DNA of 48,274 bases, taken from positions 1 to 48,274 of the forward strand of contig JBQTGV010000106.1 of NCBI GenBank assembly GCA_052390515.1, written 5' to 3'. The DNA is from Candidatus Eiseniibacteriota bacterium. Its GTDB lineage: Bacteria; ARS69. Shown here piece after piece: positions 1 to 8,956 of this stretch; positions within the stretch are counted from its first letter, which is position 1; each line of letters begins with the position of its first letter. The notes under the pieces are model-generated. The model worked only from the letters and a program-made list of their open reading frames with translations, searched no databases and had not been told where the DNA came from. The position numbers and the translations under genes are program-made.

Positions 1-1
1 G

Positions 2-1627
2 GTGCTCAAGCTCGGCAAGTTCCGGATTCCTCTGAAGAAGCCGGAGCTCACTTCGCTTCGCCGGTCGAAGCCCTGGTGGACGATCCTCGGCGAGCACAAC
101 GTGTGGAGCACGGTGATCCGGGTCCCCATCACGTTTCCGCCCGACCGGTTCTACGGAGCGCAGCTGGGTGCCATGAGCATCCCGGATCTGCTCGGCACCC
201 AGGGGACGTTCCTGCTGTTCACCACGCGCAAGTCCGACGAGCGCTTCAAGGAAGGCGGCATCCGCGTGGCGCTCACGCGCAACGGCACGCCGGACTCCTT
301 CGACACCGTCATCCGTGGACCCGAGAACACGCTCGTCGAGGGGAACCCGACGCTGGAGATCCCCCTCGCCATCCGGCTCGACCGCGCGGCGAAGCGCGCG
401 CGGCTGCTGCTGAACGGGCAGAATCTCGATCTCGAGGCCGGCAAGCTCTCCGACTGGATCAAGCTCGAGTTCCCCGCGGCTCCCGGCGTGAAGATCTCCG
501 GTCTCTGCCGCATGATGGTCACCGAGCTGGACGAGCACTTCTCGCTCTACCTGACGCCGATCAGCATCGACCCGGAGAAGCCGGCGATGCCGATCTCGCA
601 TCCTTCGTACTACTCCACGTACCTGGCGAAGAAGGTCGGTCCGTACAGCACGATGGGACTCGCCGAGGACACCTGGGCGCTGAACGAGCGGGTCACGAAC
701 GACGCGGCCTTCTGGGAGCAGACCTTGGCGATCGACGACGAGCGCCGGCGGATGTTCTTCTCCGCGCTCGAGAAGCTCCGCTCGGGAGCGCTCGTCTGCG
801 TGTTCGACGGCGTCGACCGCGTGCAGCACATGTACTGGCGCTACGCGGAGGACGGCCATCCGGCGCGCGCGCGGAGCGAGAACGGAGCGCACGTCGGGGC
901 CATCGAGACGTACTACCGGCGTAACGACGAGCTCGTCGGAAAGGTCCGGGAGAAGATCCGCGAGGGAGACCTGCTGCTGGTGATCTCCGACCACGGATTC
1001 ACGTCGTTCCGGCGCGGTGTCAATTTGAACCGCTGGCTGCTGGACCAGGGCTATCTCGCGCTGAAGCCGGGCTCGGACGGCAAGAGCGAGTGGCTCCGCG
1101 ACGTCGACTGGTCGCGGACCAAGGCTTACGCCGTGGGGCTCTCGGGCATGTTCCTGAACGTGGAAGGTCGCGAATCGCAGGGCATCGTGAAGCCCGGCGC
1201 GGACGTGGAAGCGCTCAAGGCGGAGGTCGCCGCCAAGCTGCGCGGTCTGCGCGACGACGCGAAGAACGAGACGGGCATCAACGAGGCCTTCGACACGGCG
1301 AAGATCTACAATGGCCCGTACAAGGGAAACGCGCCGGATCTCTTGATCGGCTACAACCACGGCTACCGTGCCTCGTGGGACTGCGCCTCGGGCGTCGTGG
1401 CCGGCCCGGTCTTCGAGGACAACGTCAAGGCCTGGAGCGGCGACCACTGCGTCGATCCGCGGCTCGTCCCCGGCATCTTCTTCTGCAACCGGAAGATCAG
1501 CGCCACCGATCCGGCGCTGATCGACATCGCCCCGACGGCTCTCTCACTGTTCGGGGTCCAGCCGCCGGAGCACATGGAGGGTAAGCTGCTCTTCGACACG
1601 TCCACCTTCGAAGGCGCACGCGCGTGA
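2..1627 (+). CDS. AlkP-superfamily (type I phosphodiesterase/nucleotide pyrophosphatase-like) enzyme, 5'-truncated by the window edge
   Basis: Motifs DRVQH, ISDHGF, GNAPDLLIGY, WSGDHC and LIDIAPTAL. Clear paralogue of 1624-3690. Open from the window edge. Lacks the LGY tail. Confidence 0.85.
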   Translation: MLKLGKFRIPLKKPELTSLRRSKPWWTILGEHNVWSTVIRVPITFPPDRFYGAQLGAMSIPDLLGTQGTFLLFTTRKSDERFKEGGIRVALTRNGTPDSFDTVIRGPENTLVEGNPTLEIPLAIRLDRAAKRARLLLNGQNLDLEAGKLSDWIKLEFPAAPGVKISGLCRMMVTELDEHFSLYLTPISIDPEKPAMPISHPSYYSTYLAKKVGPYSTMGLAEDTWALNERVTNDAAFWEQTLAIDDERRRMFFSALEKLRSGALVCVFDGVDRVQHMYWRYAEDGHPARARSENGAHVGAIETYYRRNDELVGKVREKIREGDLLLVISDHGFTSFRRGVNLNRWLLDQGYLALKPGSDGKSEWLRDVDWSRTKAYAVGLSGMFLNVEGRESQGIVKPGADVEALKAEVAAKLRGLRDDAKNETGINEAFDTAKIYNGPYKGNAPDLLIGYNHGYRASWDCASGVVAGPVFEDNVKAWSGDHCVDPRLVPGIFFCNRKISATDPALIDIAPTALSLFGVQPPEHMEGKLLFDTSTFEGARA

Positions 1628-3690
1628 GACTCGCCGGCCTCGTTCCACAGCGCCAGAGCGCGGGACTCGCCGGCCGCGTACCGCTGGTCGCGCTCATCGC
1701 GGCGGCGCTGCTCGCCTTCGCCCCGACGAACGCGTCGGCCAAGAAGTTGATCGTGCTCGGCTTCGATGGGCTCGATCCGGACATCGTGCGGCAGCTCGTG
1801 GACGAGGGCCGCCTGCCCAACATGGCCCGTTTGGCGAAGGAGGGCGGCGGCCTGCACGATCTGGCCACGTCCATCCCACCGCAGAGTCCCGTGGCCTGGT
1901 CCAACTTCATCACCGGACTGGACAGCGGCGGGCACGGCATCTTCGACTTCCTGCACCGGGATGCGAAGACCTACATCCCGTACCTCTCCACCAGCAAGCC
2001 GATCGAGAGCGAGGAGGAGCCGTTCAAGCTCGGCGAGTACTGCATCCCCCGCGGCGCCGGCGGCTTCGAGCTCCTTCGCCACGGGACCGCCTTCTGGGAG
2101 ACGCTGGAGCAGAACGGCGTGCCCTGCATGATCGTGCGCATGCCGGCGAACTTCCCGGTTTCGGGCAAGGCGACGTACGAGCTATCCGGAATGGGGACGC
2201 CGGACGTTCGCGGCACCTACGGGACGTTCTCCTTCTATACGACCGATCACGCCGAGTTCGCCGGCAAGAACATCGGCGGCGGCAACGTCTACAACGTGAC
2301 GCTCGCCGGCGGACAGGCCACTTGCAAGCTGGAAGGGCCGATGAACCCGCTCCTCTGCAACGAGAAGAAGCGCGCGTTCGTCGAGTTCACCGTGGACGTC
2401 GATCCGGACGAGGACTGGGTGCTGCTCTCGCTCGAGGGCGAAGAGCACCTGCTCGGCGCGGGGGAGTGGACGGAGTGGCTGCCGATCGAGCTCCCCTTCG
2501 CGCCGAACGCGGCGCTCTCGCTCGTGGCACCGCCGGTCAAGGTGATGGCGCGGTTCTACGTGAAGCAAGTGCATCCGCACCTGAAGATCTACGTCTCGCC
2601 GATGAACTACGATCCCATGTACGCGACCGACGACTTCGCCAACCCGCCGTCCTTCGCCAGGGAGTTGGCCGAGGCCGCTGGGCGCTTCGCCACGCAGGGC
2701 ATGCCCGAAGACACCAAGGCGCTCGACGAGCACGTCTTCACCGTGGACGAGTTCCTGAAGCAGGCGGGGAACGCGGGGCAGGAGATCCTCGACGAGTTCC
2801 CCTGGGTGCTCGACAAGTTCCAGCGGGAGTTCCCCGACAAGGGCTGCCTCTTCTACTACACGGGAAACCACGACCAGATCGGACACATGCTCTACCGCAC
2901 GATGGATCCGAGCCATCCCACCTTCGATCCGGCCGTCCACGCGCAGTTCGGAGAGGTGATGCCGGGGATCATCGAGCGGCTGGATCAGCTCGTCGGCTAC
3001 GCCCTGGAGCGCATCGACGACGACACGACGCTGATCCTCATGTCCGACCACGGCTTCGCCAGCTGGCGCCGCGCGATGAACGTCAACTCGTGGCTCGCGT
3101 CCGAGGGATACCTCACGCTCAAGAACCCGAACATCGAGAAGGACCCGGGCTTCTTCCTCAACGTGGACTGGACGAAGACCCGGGCCTACGCGCTGGGTCT
3201 GAACGGCCTCTACGTGAACGTGCGCGGGCGTGAGGCGAAGGGCATCGTCCCGGAGTCGGAGCGGCGGGGACTCCTGGAGGAGATCGCCTACAAGCTGGTC
3301 CAGACGAAGGACCCCGAGACCGGACTGCAGGCCGTCTCCAAGGTGTACCTGTGCGAGGACAGTTTCCACGACCGCGGGCACCTGGACGTCGGGCCGGACA
3401 TCATCGTCGGCTTCGCCAAGGAGATGCGCTCGTCGAACCAGTCCGCGACGGGGACGATCCCGCCGGAGGTGTTCAAGAACTGCGACACGGAGTGGAGCGC
3501 GGATCACTGCATGGATCACACGGTCGTGGCCGGCGTGCTGATGTCCAATCGGCCGCTGGCGAAGCCGGCGCCCGCGCTGCAGAATCTCGCCGCGGCCATC
3601 CTCGCCGAGTTCGGCATCGGCGAGTTCCCCGGCGACGCCGAGAAGGATCTGAAGGCCGTCGGCTACATCGCCGCGACCGCGACGCACTAG
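1624..3690 (+). CDS. Secreted AlkP-superfamily phosphodiesterase/sulfatase-like enzyme with C-terminal KDLKAVGYI tail
   Basis: Signal peptide (..LLAFAPTNASA), VLGFDG, PPQSPVAWSNFITG (Ser nucleophile region), HGIFDF, MSDHGF, WSADHC. GTGA overlap with the upstream stop codon. Confidence 0.88.
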   Translation: MRLAGLVPQRQSAGLAGRVPLVALIAAALLAFAPTNASAKKLIVLGFDGLDPDIVRQLVDEGRLPNMARLAKEGGGLHDLATSIPPQSPVAWSNFITGLDSGGHGIFDFLHRDAKTYIPYLSTSKPIESEEEPFKLGEYCIPRGAGGFELLRHGTAFWETLEQNGVPCMIVRMPANFPVSGKATYELSGMGTPDVRGTYGTFSFYTTDHAEFAGKNIGGGNVYNVTLAGGQATCKLEGPMNPLLCNEKKRAFVEFTVDVDPDEDWVLLSLEGEEHLLGAGEWTEWLPIELPFAPNAALSLVAPPVKVMARFYVKQVHPHLKIYVSPMNYDPMYATDDFANPPSFARELAEAAGRFATQGMPEDTKALDEHVFTVDEFLKQAGNAGQEILDEFPWVLDKFQREFPDKGCLFYYTGNHDQIGHMLYRTMDPSHPTFDPAVHAQFGEVMPGIIERLDQLVGYALERIDDDTTLILMSDHGFASWRRAMNVNSWLASEGYLTLKNPNIEKDPGFFLNVDWTKTRAYALGLNGLYVNVRGREAKGIVPESERRGLLEEIAYKLVQTKDPETGLQAVSKVYLCEDSFHDRGHLDVGPDIIVGFAKEMRSSNQSATGTIPPEVFKNCDTEWSADHCMDHTVVAGVLMSNRPLAKPAPALQNLAAAILAEFGIGEFPGDAEKDLKAVGYIAATATH

Positions 3691-3712
3691 CCCGCCCCCG
3701 CAAGGAGAGGAC

Positions 3713-3910
3713 ATGTTCGGAGGGAACCGGATCAAGCTGGAGAAGGACCTGCTGGAGAAGGTGAAGAAGTACGCGGCCGTTGCCGGCTACTCCTCGCCGG
3801 AGGAGTTCGTGAAGCACGCCCTCGAGAAGGAGATCGCCTTGCTCGAGGAGGCCGGCGACGACGAGGCGGAGCTGAAGAAGCGGCTCCAGGGTCTCGGCTA
3901 CATCTCCTGA
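3713..3910 (+). CDS. Small ribbon-helix-helix (CopG-like) protein with acidic linker and KKRLQGLGYIS tail
   Basis: AAGGAG RBS upstream. Pattern beta(RIKL)-helix-GYSS-helix(EEFVKHAL) is RHH-like. Lies in operon context. Confidence 0.75.
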   Translation: MFGGNRIKLEKDLLEKVKKYAAVAGYSSPEEFVKHALEKEIALLEEAGDDEAELKKRLQGLGYIS

Positions 3911-3921
3911 GCGAGGTTGCG

Positions 3922-4803
3922 ATGACGTTCGTGGTCCGACTCCTGGGTGGGATCGCCTTGCTCGGCGTGCTCGCGCTGCTGCGCGGCCCGGTGAACGCCG
4001 TCCTGCGAGTGCTGTTCGACGCGGTGCTGTTCCCGTTTCGAGGATTGCACCCGGTCGTCGGGCTCACCGTGCTGGCCGTGCCGTTCGCGGTGCTCGCGCT
4101 CGTGCTGTTCAAGGCCACGTCGGATCAGGCGGCGCTGGAGAAGATCAAGGCGAAGATCCACGCCGGGCTCTTCGAGATCCGGCTGTTCAACGACGACATC
4201 CGCGCGATTCTCCGCGCGCAGTTCGAGATCCTGGCGCACAACGGGCGGTACTTCCTGCAGAATCTGGTGCCGCTGCTCTGGATGATCGGGCCGTTCGTGT
4301 TCGTGATGGGACAGCTGCAGTTCCAGTACGGCTTCGAGGGACTCGCGCCGGGAGAGAGTGCCTTGCTCAAAGTGCAGCTGGCCGGGGAGAAGGCGGCGGC
4401 GCGACCGGATGCGGCGCTCACCGTGCCGCAAGGGCTGGAAGCGGAGACGTCGCCGGTGTGGTTCCCCGCGCGGAACGAGCTCGTCTGGCGGCTCGGAGCG
4501 CGAGCGGAGGGCAGCTACGACGTGCGCGTGAACGTCGGCGGCGAAGAGGTGACGAAGTCGGTGCGCGTGGGCGAAGGTCCCGCGCGGCGTTCGCCGCTGC
4601 GCGTGGCGCCGTCGGTGATGGACGAGATCCTGAACCCGGCCGAGGCGCCGCTGCCGAAGGCCGCCGGCATCGCCTCCATCTCGCTGGATTACCCCGAGGC
4701 CGGTGGGAGCTTCGCCGAGCTGTCGGCGTGGGTGTGGGCCTGGGTGGGTCTCACCATGGTGATCGCGTTCGCGCTGCGCGGGAAGTTCGGCGTGACGATC
4801 TGA
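3922..4803 (+). CDS. Membrane protein, DUF106/EMC3/TMCO1 (Oxa1-superfamily)-like N-terminal half plus a soluble beta domain and C-terminal TM
   Basis: Amphipathic helix, TM (HPVVGLTVLAVPFAVLALVLF), KATSDQ coiled coil, TM (LVPLLWMIGPFVFVMGQL), soluble region, final TM. GAGG RBS. Family call is by pattern only. Confidence 0.55.
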   Translation: MTFVVRLLGGIALLGVLALLRGPVNAVLRVLFDAVLFPFRGLHPVVGLTVLAVPFAVLALVLFKATSDQAALEKIKAKIHAGLFEIRLFNDDIRAILRAQFEILAHNGRYFLQNLVPLLWMIGPFVFVMGQLQFQYGFEGLAPGESALLKVQLAGEKAAARPDAALTVPQGLEAETSPVWFPARNELVWRLGARAEGSYDVRVNVGGEEVTKSVRVGEGPARRSPLRVAPSVMDEILNPAEAPLPKAAGIASISLDYPEAGGSFAELSAWVWAWVGLTMVIAFALRGKFGVTI

Positions 4804-4810
4804 GCGGCGC

Positions 4811-4843
4811 GAGGTCGCGGATTCGATTCCCGCTGCTCCACCA
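4811..4843 (+). other. Degenerate 3' half of a tRNA-Ala/tmRNA-like gene (probable att-site remnant)
   Basis: GAGGTC-GCGGA-TTCGATT-CCCGC-TGCTCC-A-CCA reads as variable loop, T-arm (one mismatch), acceptor strand 1 nt short with U70 and A73, and CCA. No 5' half upstream, where the sequence is CDS. Confidence 0.7.
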
Positions 4844-4844
4844 A

Positions 4845-4881
4845 CCCTGGGCCCGTAACCTTCGTGGTTGCGGGCCCAGGG
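4845..4881 (+). terminator. Strong 16-bp hairpin following the tRNA-like fragment
   Basis: CCCTGGGCCCGTAACC-ttcgt-GGTTGCGGGCCCAGGG (one G-U pair). No U-tract, so terminator function is uncertain. Confidence 0.6.
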
Positions 4882-4929
4882 CGTGGCGGGGGAAAGCCGC
4901 CTGAGCCGTCTCCGTAGAATCTGCGTGCG

Positions 4930-5065
4930 CCGGACCAAGGCGAACACCCATTTCGGACCAACGTGAACACCCGTTTCGGTCAAGGTGAACGCTGATTTCG
5001 GGATGGCGAACAGCCGTTTCGGTCAAGGCGAACACCGGTTCCGGACGCGGGGAACGGCTCTTCCC
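4930..5065 (+). repeat. About six ~22-bp tandem subterminal repeats (GAAC-N5-TT(T/C)CGG) at the IS21 left end
   Basis: gaacacccatttcgg / gaacacccgtttcgg / gaacgctgatttcgg / gaacagccgtttcgg / gaacaccggttccgg / gaacggctcttcc. Inverted copies at ~7590-7645. Typical IS21 transposase-binding repeats. Confidence 0.85.
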
Positions 5066-5162
5066 AAGGAGTCGAAGGGCGTGGTGCATCCTCCTCCACC
5101 GGGGACGGACGGCCCGCCCAGTATGGCGCTGAGCGCGGGACCGCCCGCCCCGGGGAGGAGGC

Positions 5163-6703
5163 ATGGGGGCGGCGAGGCTTGCGATGCGGAAGAGTCGAGA
5201 CATTCTACGGCTGAAGTGGGCGCTCGGGGTGAGCCACCGGCAGGTGGCGCGGAGCCTGGCCGTGGGGCTTGGGACGGTGGCGGAGACGCTGGAGCGGGCC
5301 GCGGCGGCCGGGCTCACGAGCTGGGCGCAGGTGGAAGGGCTGGACGAGCCGGCGCTCGAGGAGCGGCTGTATGGCGTTCGCCTCGAGGTGCCTTCGCGGC
5401 CGCTGCCGGACGCGCGCTATCTCCACCAGGAGCTCCACAAGAAGGGCGTGACGCTTCAGCTCCTGCATCTCGAGTACCTGGAGAAGCCCCCGACGGCTAC
5501 CGCTACACGCAGTTCTGCGAGCACTACCGGCGCTGGGTCAAGCGGCAGCGTCGCTCGATGCGCCAGATCCACGGCGCCGGCGAGAGGATGTTCGCGGACT
5601 ACTCGGGGCTCAAGCCCCAGTACGTGGATCGGTCCACCGGCGAGCTGATCGAGGCGGAGCTCTTCGTCGCGGTGCTCGGTGCCTCGAACTACACCTACGC
5701 GGAAGCGACACGGAGTCAGCAGAGCGAGGACTGGATCGCGAGCCACGTTCGCGCCTTCGAGTACTTCGGCGGAGCGCCGAGGGCGACCGTCCCGGACCAG
5801 CTCAAGAGCGGGGTCACGAAATCCTGCCGCTACGAGCCGGGCGTGCAGCGCACCTACGAGGAGATGGCGACGCACTACGGGACGATCATTCTTCCTGCTC
5901 GGCCTTCGAGCCCCAAGGACAAGGCGAAGGTGGAAGTCGCCGTGCAGATCGCGGAGCGCTGGATCCTCGCGAGGCTGAGGAACCGGACCTTCTTCTCGCT
6001 CGCAGAGCTGAACGCGGCCATCGCCGAGCTGCTCAAGGAGCTGAACACGAAGAAGATGCGCGTGTACGGGAAGAGTCGGCGCGAGCTCTTCCTCCTGCTG
6101 GATAAGCCGCAGCTCAGGCCGCTTCCGCCTGAGCGCTTCGAGTACACGACGTGGAAGAAGGCGCGGGTGAACATCGACTACCACGTCGAGCTCGAGTGGC
6201 ACTACTACTCGGTGCCGCATGCGCTGGTGCACGAGGAAGTCGAGATCCGTGCGTCGAAGTCGGTGGTGGAGATCCTCCACCGCGGAAAGCGCGTCGCCTC
6301 CCATGTCCGGAGCTACGTGCGCGGCGGGCACGCCACGGATCCTTCGCACATGCCGAGGGCGCACCGGGCACACCTCGAGTGGTCGCCGTCCCGGCTGATC
6401 CGTTGGGGGGAGAAGATCGGGAAGTCCACCGGACAGCTCGTGCAGGCGATCCTCGACGATCGGCCGCACCCCGAGCAGGGCTACCGGTCATGTCTTGGAA
6501 TCCTGCGCCTAGCGAAGCGCTACGGGGACGAACGCCTGGAGGCCGCGTGCGCGCGAGCGCTCCTCGTGCGCGCGCGTTCGTACCGCCATGTGGAATCGAT
6601 CCTGAAGAACGGCCTCGATCGCATGGTGCCCGTGAGCACCCCCGCGCGAGCGCCGAGCATGCTCGTCCACGAGAACATCCGCGGCCCGGAGTACTACCAC
6701 TGA
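5163..6703 (+). pseudogene. istA: IS21 DDE transposase IstA, frameshifted at ~5487-5491
   Basis: N-terminus MGAARLAMRKSRDILRL..LHLEYLEK in one frame. DGYRYTQFC, FADYSG, VPDQLKSGV and PKDKAKVE in the -1 frame. One base is missing in a C5 run. Confidence 0.9.
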
Positions 6704-6808
6704 GAGAAGGGAGGAAGAACGACCTCCTGGGAAGCCCCAGGACGCGAGATCTCACCAGGGGGAGGCATCCTGCTATCCCCCCTTTTCCCCGCACCAGAGG
6801 AGGAACGG

Positions 6809-7549
6809 ATGCTGACCGAACCCACCGTCGAGAAACTCAGGACGCTGCATCTCGACGCGATGGCGCAGGGTTACCTCGAGCAGACGCAGAAGCCCGACAT
6901 CGCCGAGCTTCCCTTCAACGACCGCTTCGGGCTCCTGGTGGACGCCGAGTACCTCGCGCGTGAGAACAAGCGTCTCTCCAGGAGGCTGCGCGAGGCGAAG
7001 CTCCGCCTGACGCAGGCCTGCGTCGAGGACGTCGACTACGCGCCGAAGCGTGAGCTCGACAAGGCGACTTTCCGCCAGCTCGCCACCTGCCGCTGGGTCC
7101 AGGAGCACCTCAACGTGCTCATCACCGGCTCCGCGGGAACCGGCAAGAGCTACCTCGCCTGCGCGCTCGCCAACCGGGCGTGCCGCCAGGGCTACCGGGC
7201 GCTATACTGCCGCGCCTCGCGTCTGTTCGACGAGCTGCTGCTCGCCCGGGCCACGGGCACCCACCTGCGCCTGCTCGCCAAGCTTGCGCGCATGGACGTG
7301 CTCGTGATCGACGACTGGGGCCTCAAACCCTTCACCGACCAGGAGCGCCTCGATCTCCTGGAGATCCTGGAGGACCGGTACGGCTCGCGCTCCACCATCA
7401 TCACGAGCCAGCTTGCGCCGAACAAGTGGCACGAAAGGCTGGGCGAGCCCACAATCGCGGATGCCATCCTCGATCGGCTCCTTCACGGAGCCTACAAGAT
7501 CGCCCTCAAGGGTCCTTCGAAAAGAAAGGAGGAGGTCGCCGAGCCCTGA
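6809..7549 (+). CDS. istB: IS21 helper AAA+ ATPase IstB
   Basis: Walker A GSAGTGKS, Walker B LVIDDWG, IITSQ, ADAILDRL. GAGGAGG RBS. Confidence 0.97.
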   Translation: MLTEPTVEKLRTLHLDAMAQGYLEQTQKPDIAELPFNDRFGLLVDAEYLARENKRLSRRLREAKLRLTQACVEDVDYAPKRELDKATFRQLATCRWVQEHLNVLITGSAGTGKSYLACALANRACRQGYRALYCRASRLFDELLLARATGTHLRLLAKLARMDVLVIDDWGLKPFTDQERLDLLEILEDRYGSRSTIITSQLAPNKWHERLGEPTIADAILDRLLHGAYKIALKGPSKRKEEVAEP

Positions 7550-7968
7550 GACCACCGCGTCGCTTCGCTCCGACAGGAGCCTGACGCCGCGTTCCCGATC
7601 CGGAAGCGTTCACGATGGCCGGAACGGGTGTTCAGAATGGCCGGAATACGCAGAATCTCCGTGAGAAGCGCATCGGGCCATTTAGACACGCCGATGCGGA
7701 AGTTCAAGGACCCCGATGATCAGTACCTTGGGCGCTGGGACTTGCTGGGTCCCGGATAAACCTGCCCGACCAGCGAATTACAGGGGCCGAGCATCGGGCT
7801 GCTTGGAAGCACGCTCTCCTTGCTATTCGGTATCGGCCTCGGGCTCGCGACGCACAGTCTCCGCCGAACCATTGGATGAGATCTTCGGGAGCGGAGCAGC
7901 CGGAATAGGTGGGCGAACCGGTGGCGGAACTGGTAAGGGGAGCCCCGGCTGGGGCCGGAGGACTCTAG

Positions 7969-8955
7969 GTGCGAGACGTGCTGGAAGCGAGTATCGAAGC
8001 CGCACTTCGGGTGAGTATCAACGTTACACACAAGCGGCTCAGACGTCGTCTCGGGCATGTACGAAAGTGCCGAGCGATTCGCATCGGGGGGTTTGAGCGA
8101 CGCCTTGTGCATCGATGGGGCCGAACACTTGATCTCTACGCGCTCGCGTACGAATACACTGTCGGTCTGGGAGAACGCTTCTCCAAGGAGAGTCTGCCAG
8201 GCGCAACGGATCCAGTGCGTGTCGCCACGCTCGCCCGATTGCACGCTCGGGCTTGCTTGGTTTCAGTGGAAGTGCACAGTCTGCTGCGTTGTGGGTTTGC
8301 GAGTGCCGCGTTGGCACGATGGAGAACGCTGCACGAGACGGCCGTCGTTGCTCGAGTTCTGCGGGATCGGCCGAGCGATCTGGCTCAACGCTACCTGGAC
8401 TACGAAGTCGTAGAGAGCTTCAAGGCGGCGGTAGAGTTTCAGGAGTACGAGCACTTCCTGGCAGAGGACCCGTTGCCCCCAGAAGACGTGGAGGAGATTC
8501 GAGCGGATCGGGAGCGAATCCTCGTGCGCTACGGGAAGGAGTTTGACAAGCCTTATGGATGGGCCGCGGAACTGCTTCCCGGAAAGACGACCCTGAAGGA
8601 ACTGGAGGAAGTCGCGGGGCTGCAAGGGTGGAGGCCCTACTACCGCATGGCCAGCGATGGTGTCCACGCTGGCCCGAAGGCTATCGCCTGGAACCTGGGG
8701 CTGGAAATGGACGCCGCCGGGCTTCTCGCTGGACCGAGCAACGTGGGTTTGGCGGATCCAGCGTACAACGCGATCTGGTCGCTGAGAGATGTGACTGCGT
8801 CGCTCCTCTCGCAGAGGCAAGACTTCGACGGCCTAGTCCAACTCGGCGTCTTGGAGCGGCTCCTCGAGGAGATCGGCGAAGCGGCCATGCGTGCCCATCG
8901 GGCGCTGGAGAGGCGGGCCCGCCTGGCGCGGCGTCCCCTCAGAGAGAGGGCATGA
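7969..8955 (+). CDS. DUF5677-like (HEPN-related) protein
   Basis: LLRCGFASAALARWRTLHE, YGWA and YYRMASDGVH (Rx6H). All-helical. Start uncertain. Confidence 0.7.
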   Translation: MRDVLEASIEAALRVSINVTHKRLRRRLGHVRKCRAIRIGGFERRLVHRWGRTLDLYALAYEYTVGLGERFSKESLPGATDPVRVATLARLHARACLVSVEVHSLLRCGFASAALARWRTLHETAVVARVLRDRPSDLAQRYLDYEVVESFKAAVEFQEYEHFLAEDPLPPEDVEEIRADRERILVRYGKEFDKPYGWAAELLPGKTTLKELEEVAGLQGWRPYYRMASDGVHAGPKAIAWNLGLEMDAAGLLAGPSNVGLADPAYNAIWSLRDVTASLLSQRQDFDGLVQLGVLERLLEEIGEAAMRAHRALERRARLARRPLRERA

Positions 8956-8956
8956 G

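Larger units (their letters stand above)
4922..7652 (+). mobile_element. IS21-family insertion sequence (2731 bp) with 5-bp target-site duplication GAATC
   Basis: Ends TGCGT...ACGCA. Imperfect IRs: TGCGTGCGCCGGACCAAGGCGAACACCC versus reverse complement TGCGTATTCCGGCCATTCTGAACACCC. GAATC at 4917-4921 and 7653-7657. Encodes istA and istB. Confidence 0.95.

Noticed and set aside
4770-4843. Intact tRNA gene
   Set aside because: Only the 3' half is present. The upstream sequence is coding and gives no D-arm or matching acceptor 5' strand.
4930-5065. Regularly spaced ~22-bp repeats resembling a mini-CRISPR or iteron array
   Set aside because: No unique spacers and no cas or rep gene. The repeats are inside the IS21 end and mirrored at the other end.
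4985-5490. N-terminal 170 aa of the 572-aa ORF
   Set aside because: Out-of-frame read-through of the IS end. The real IstA N-terminus is in the 5163 frame.
5480-5500. Programmed frameshift in istA
   Set aside because: No recognisable slippery heptamer, and a conserved residue position (..HPDGY) is disrupted. Mutation or sequencing error is more likely.
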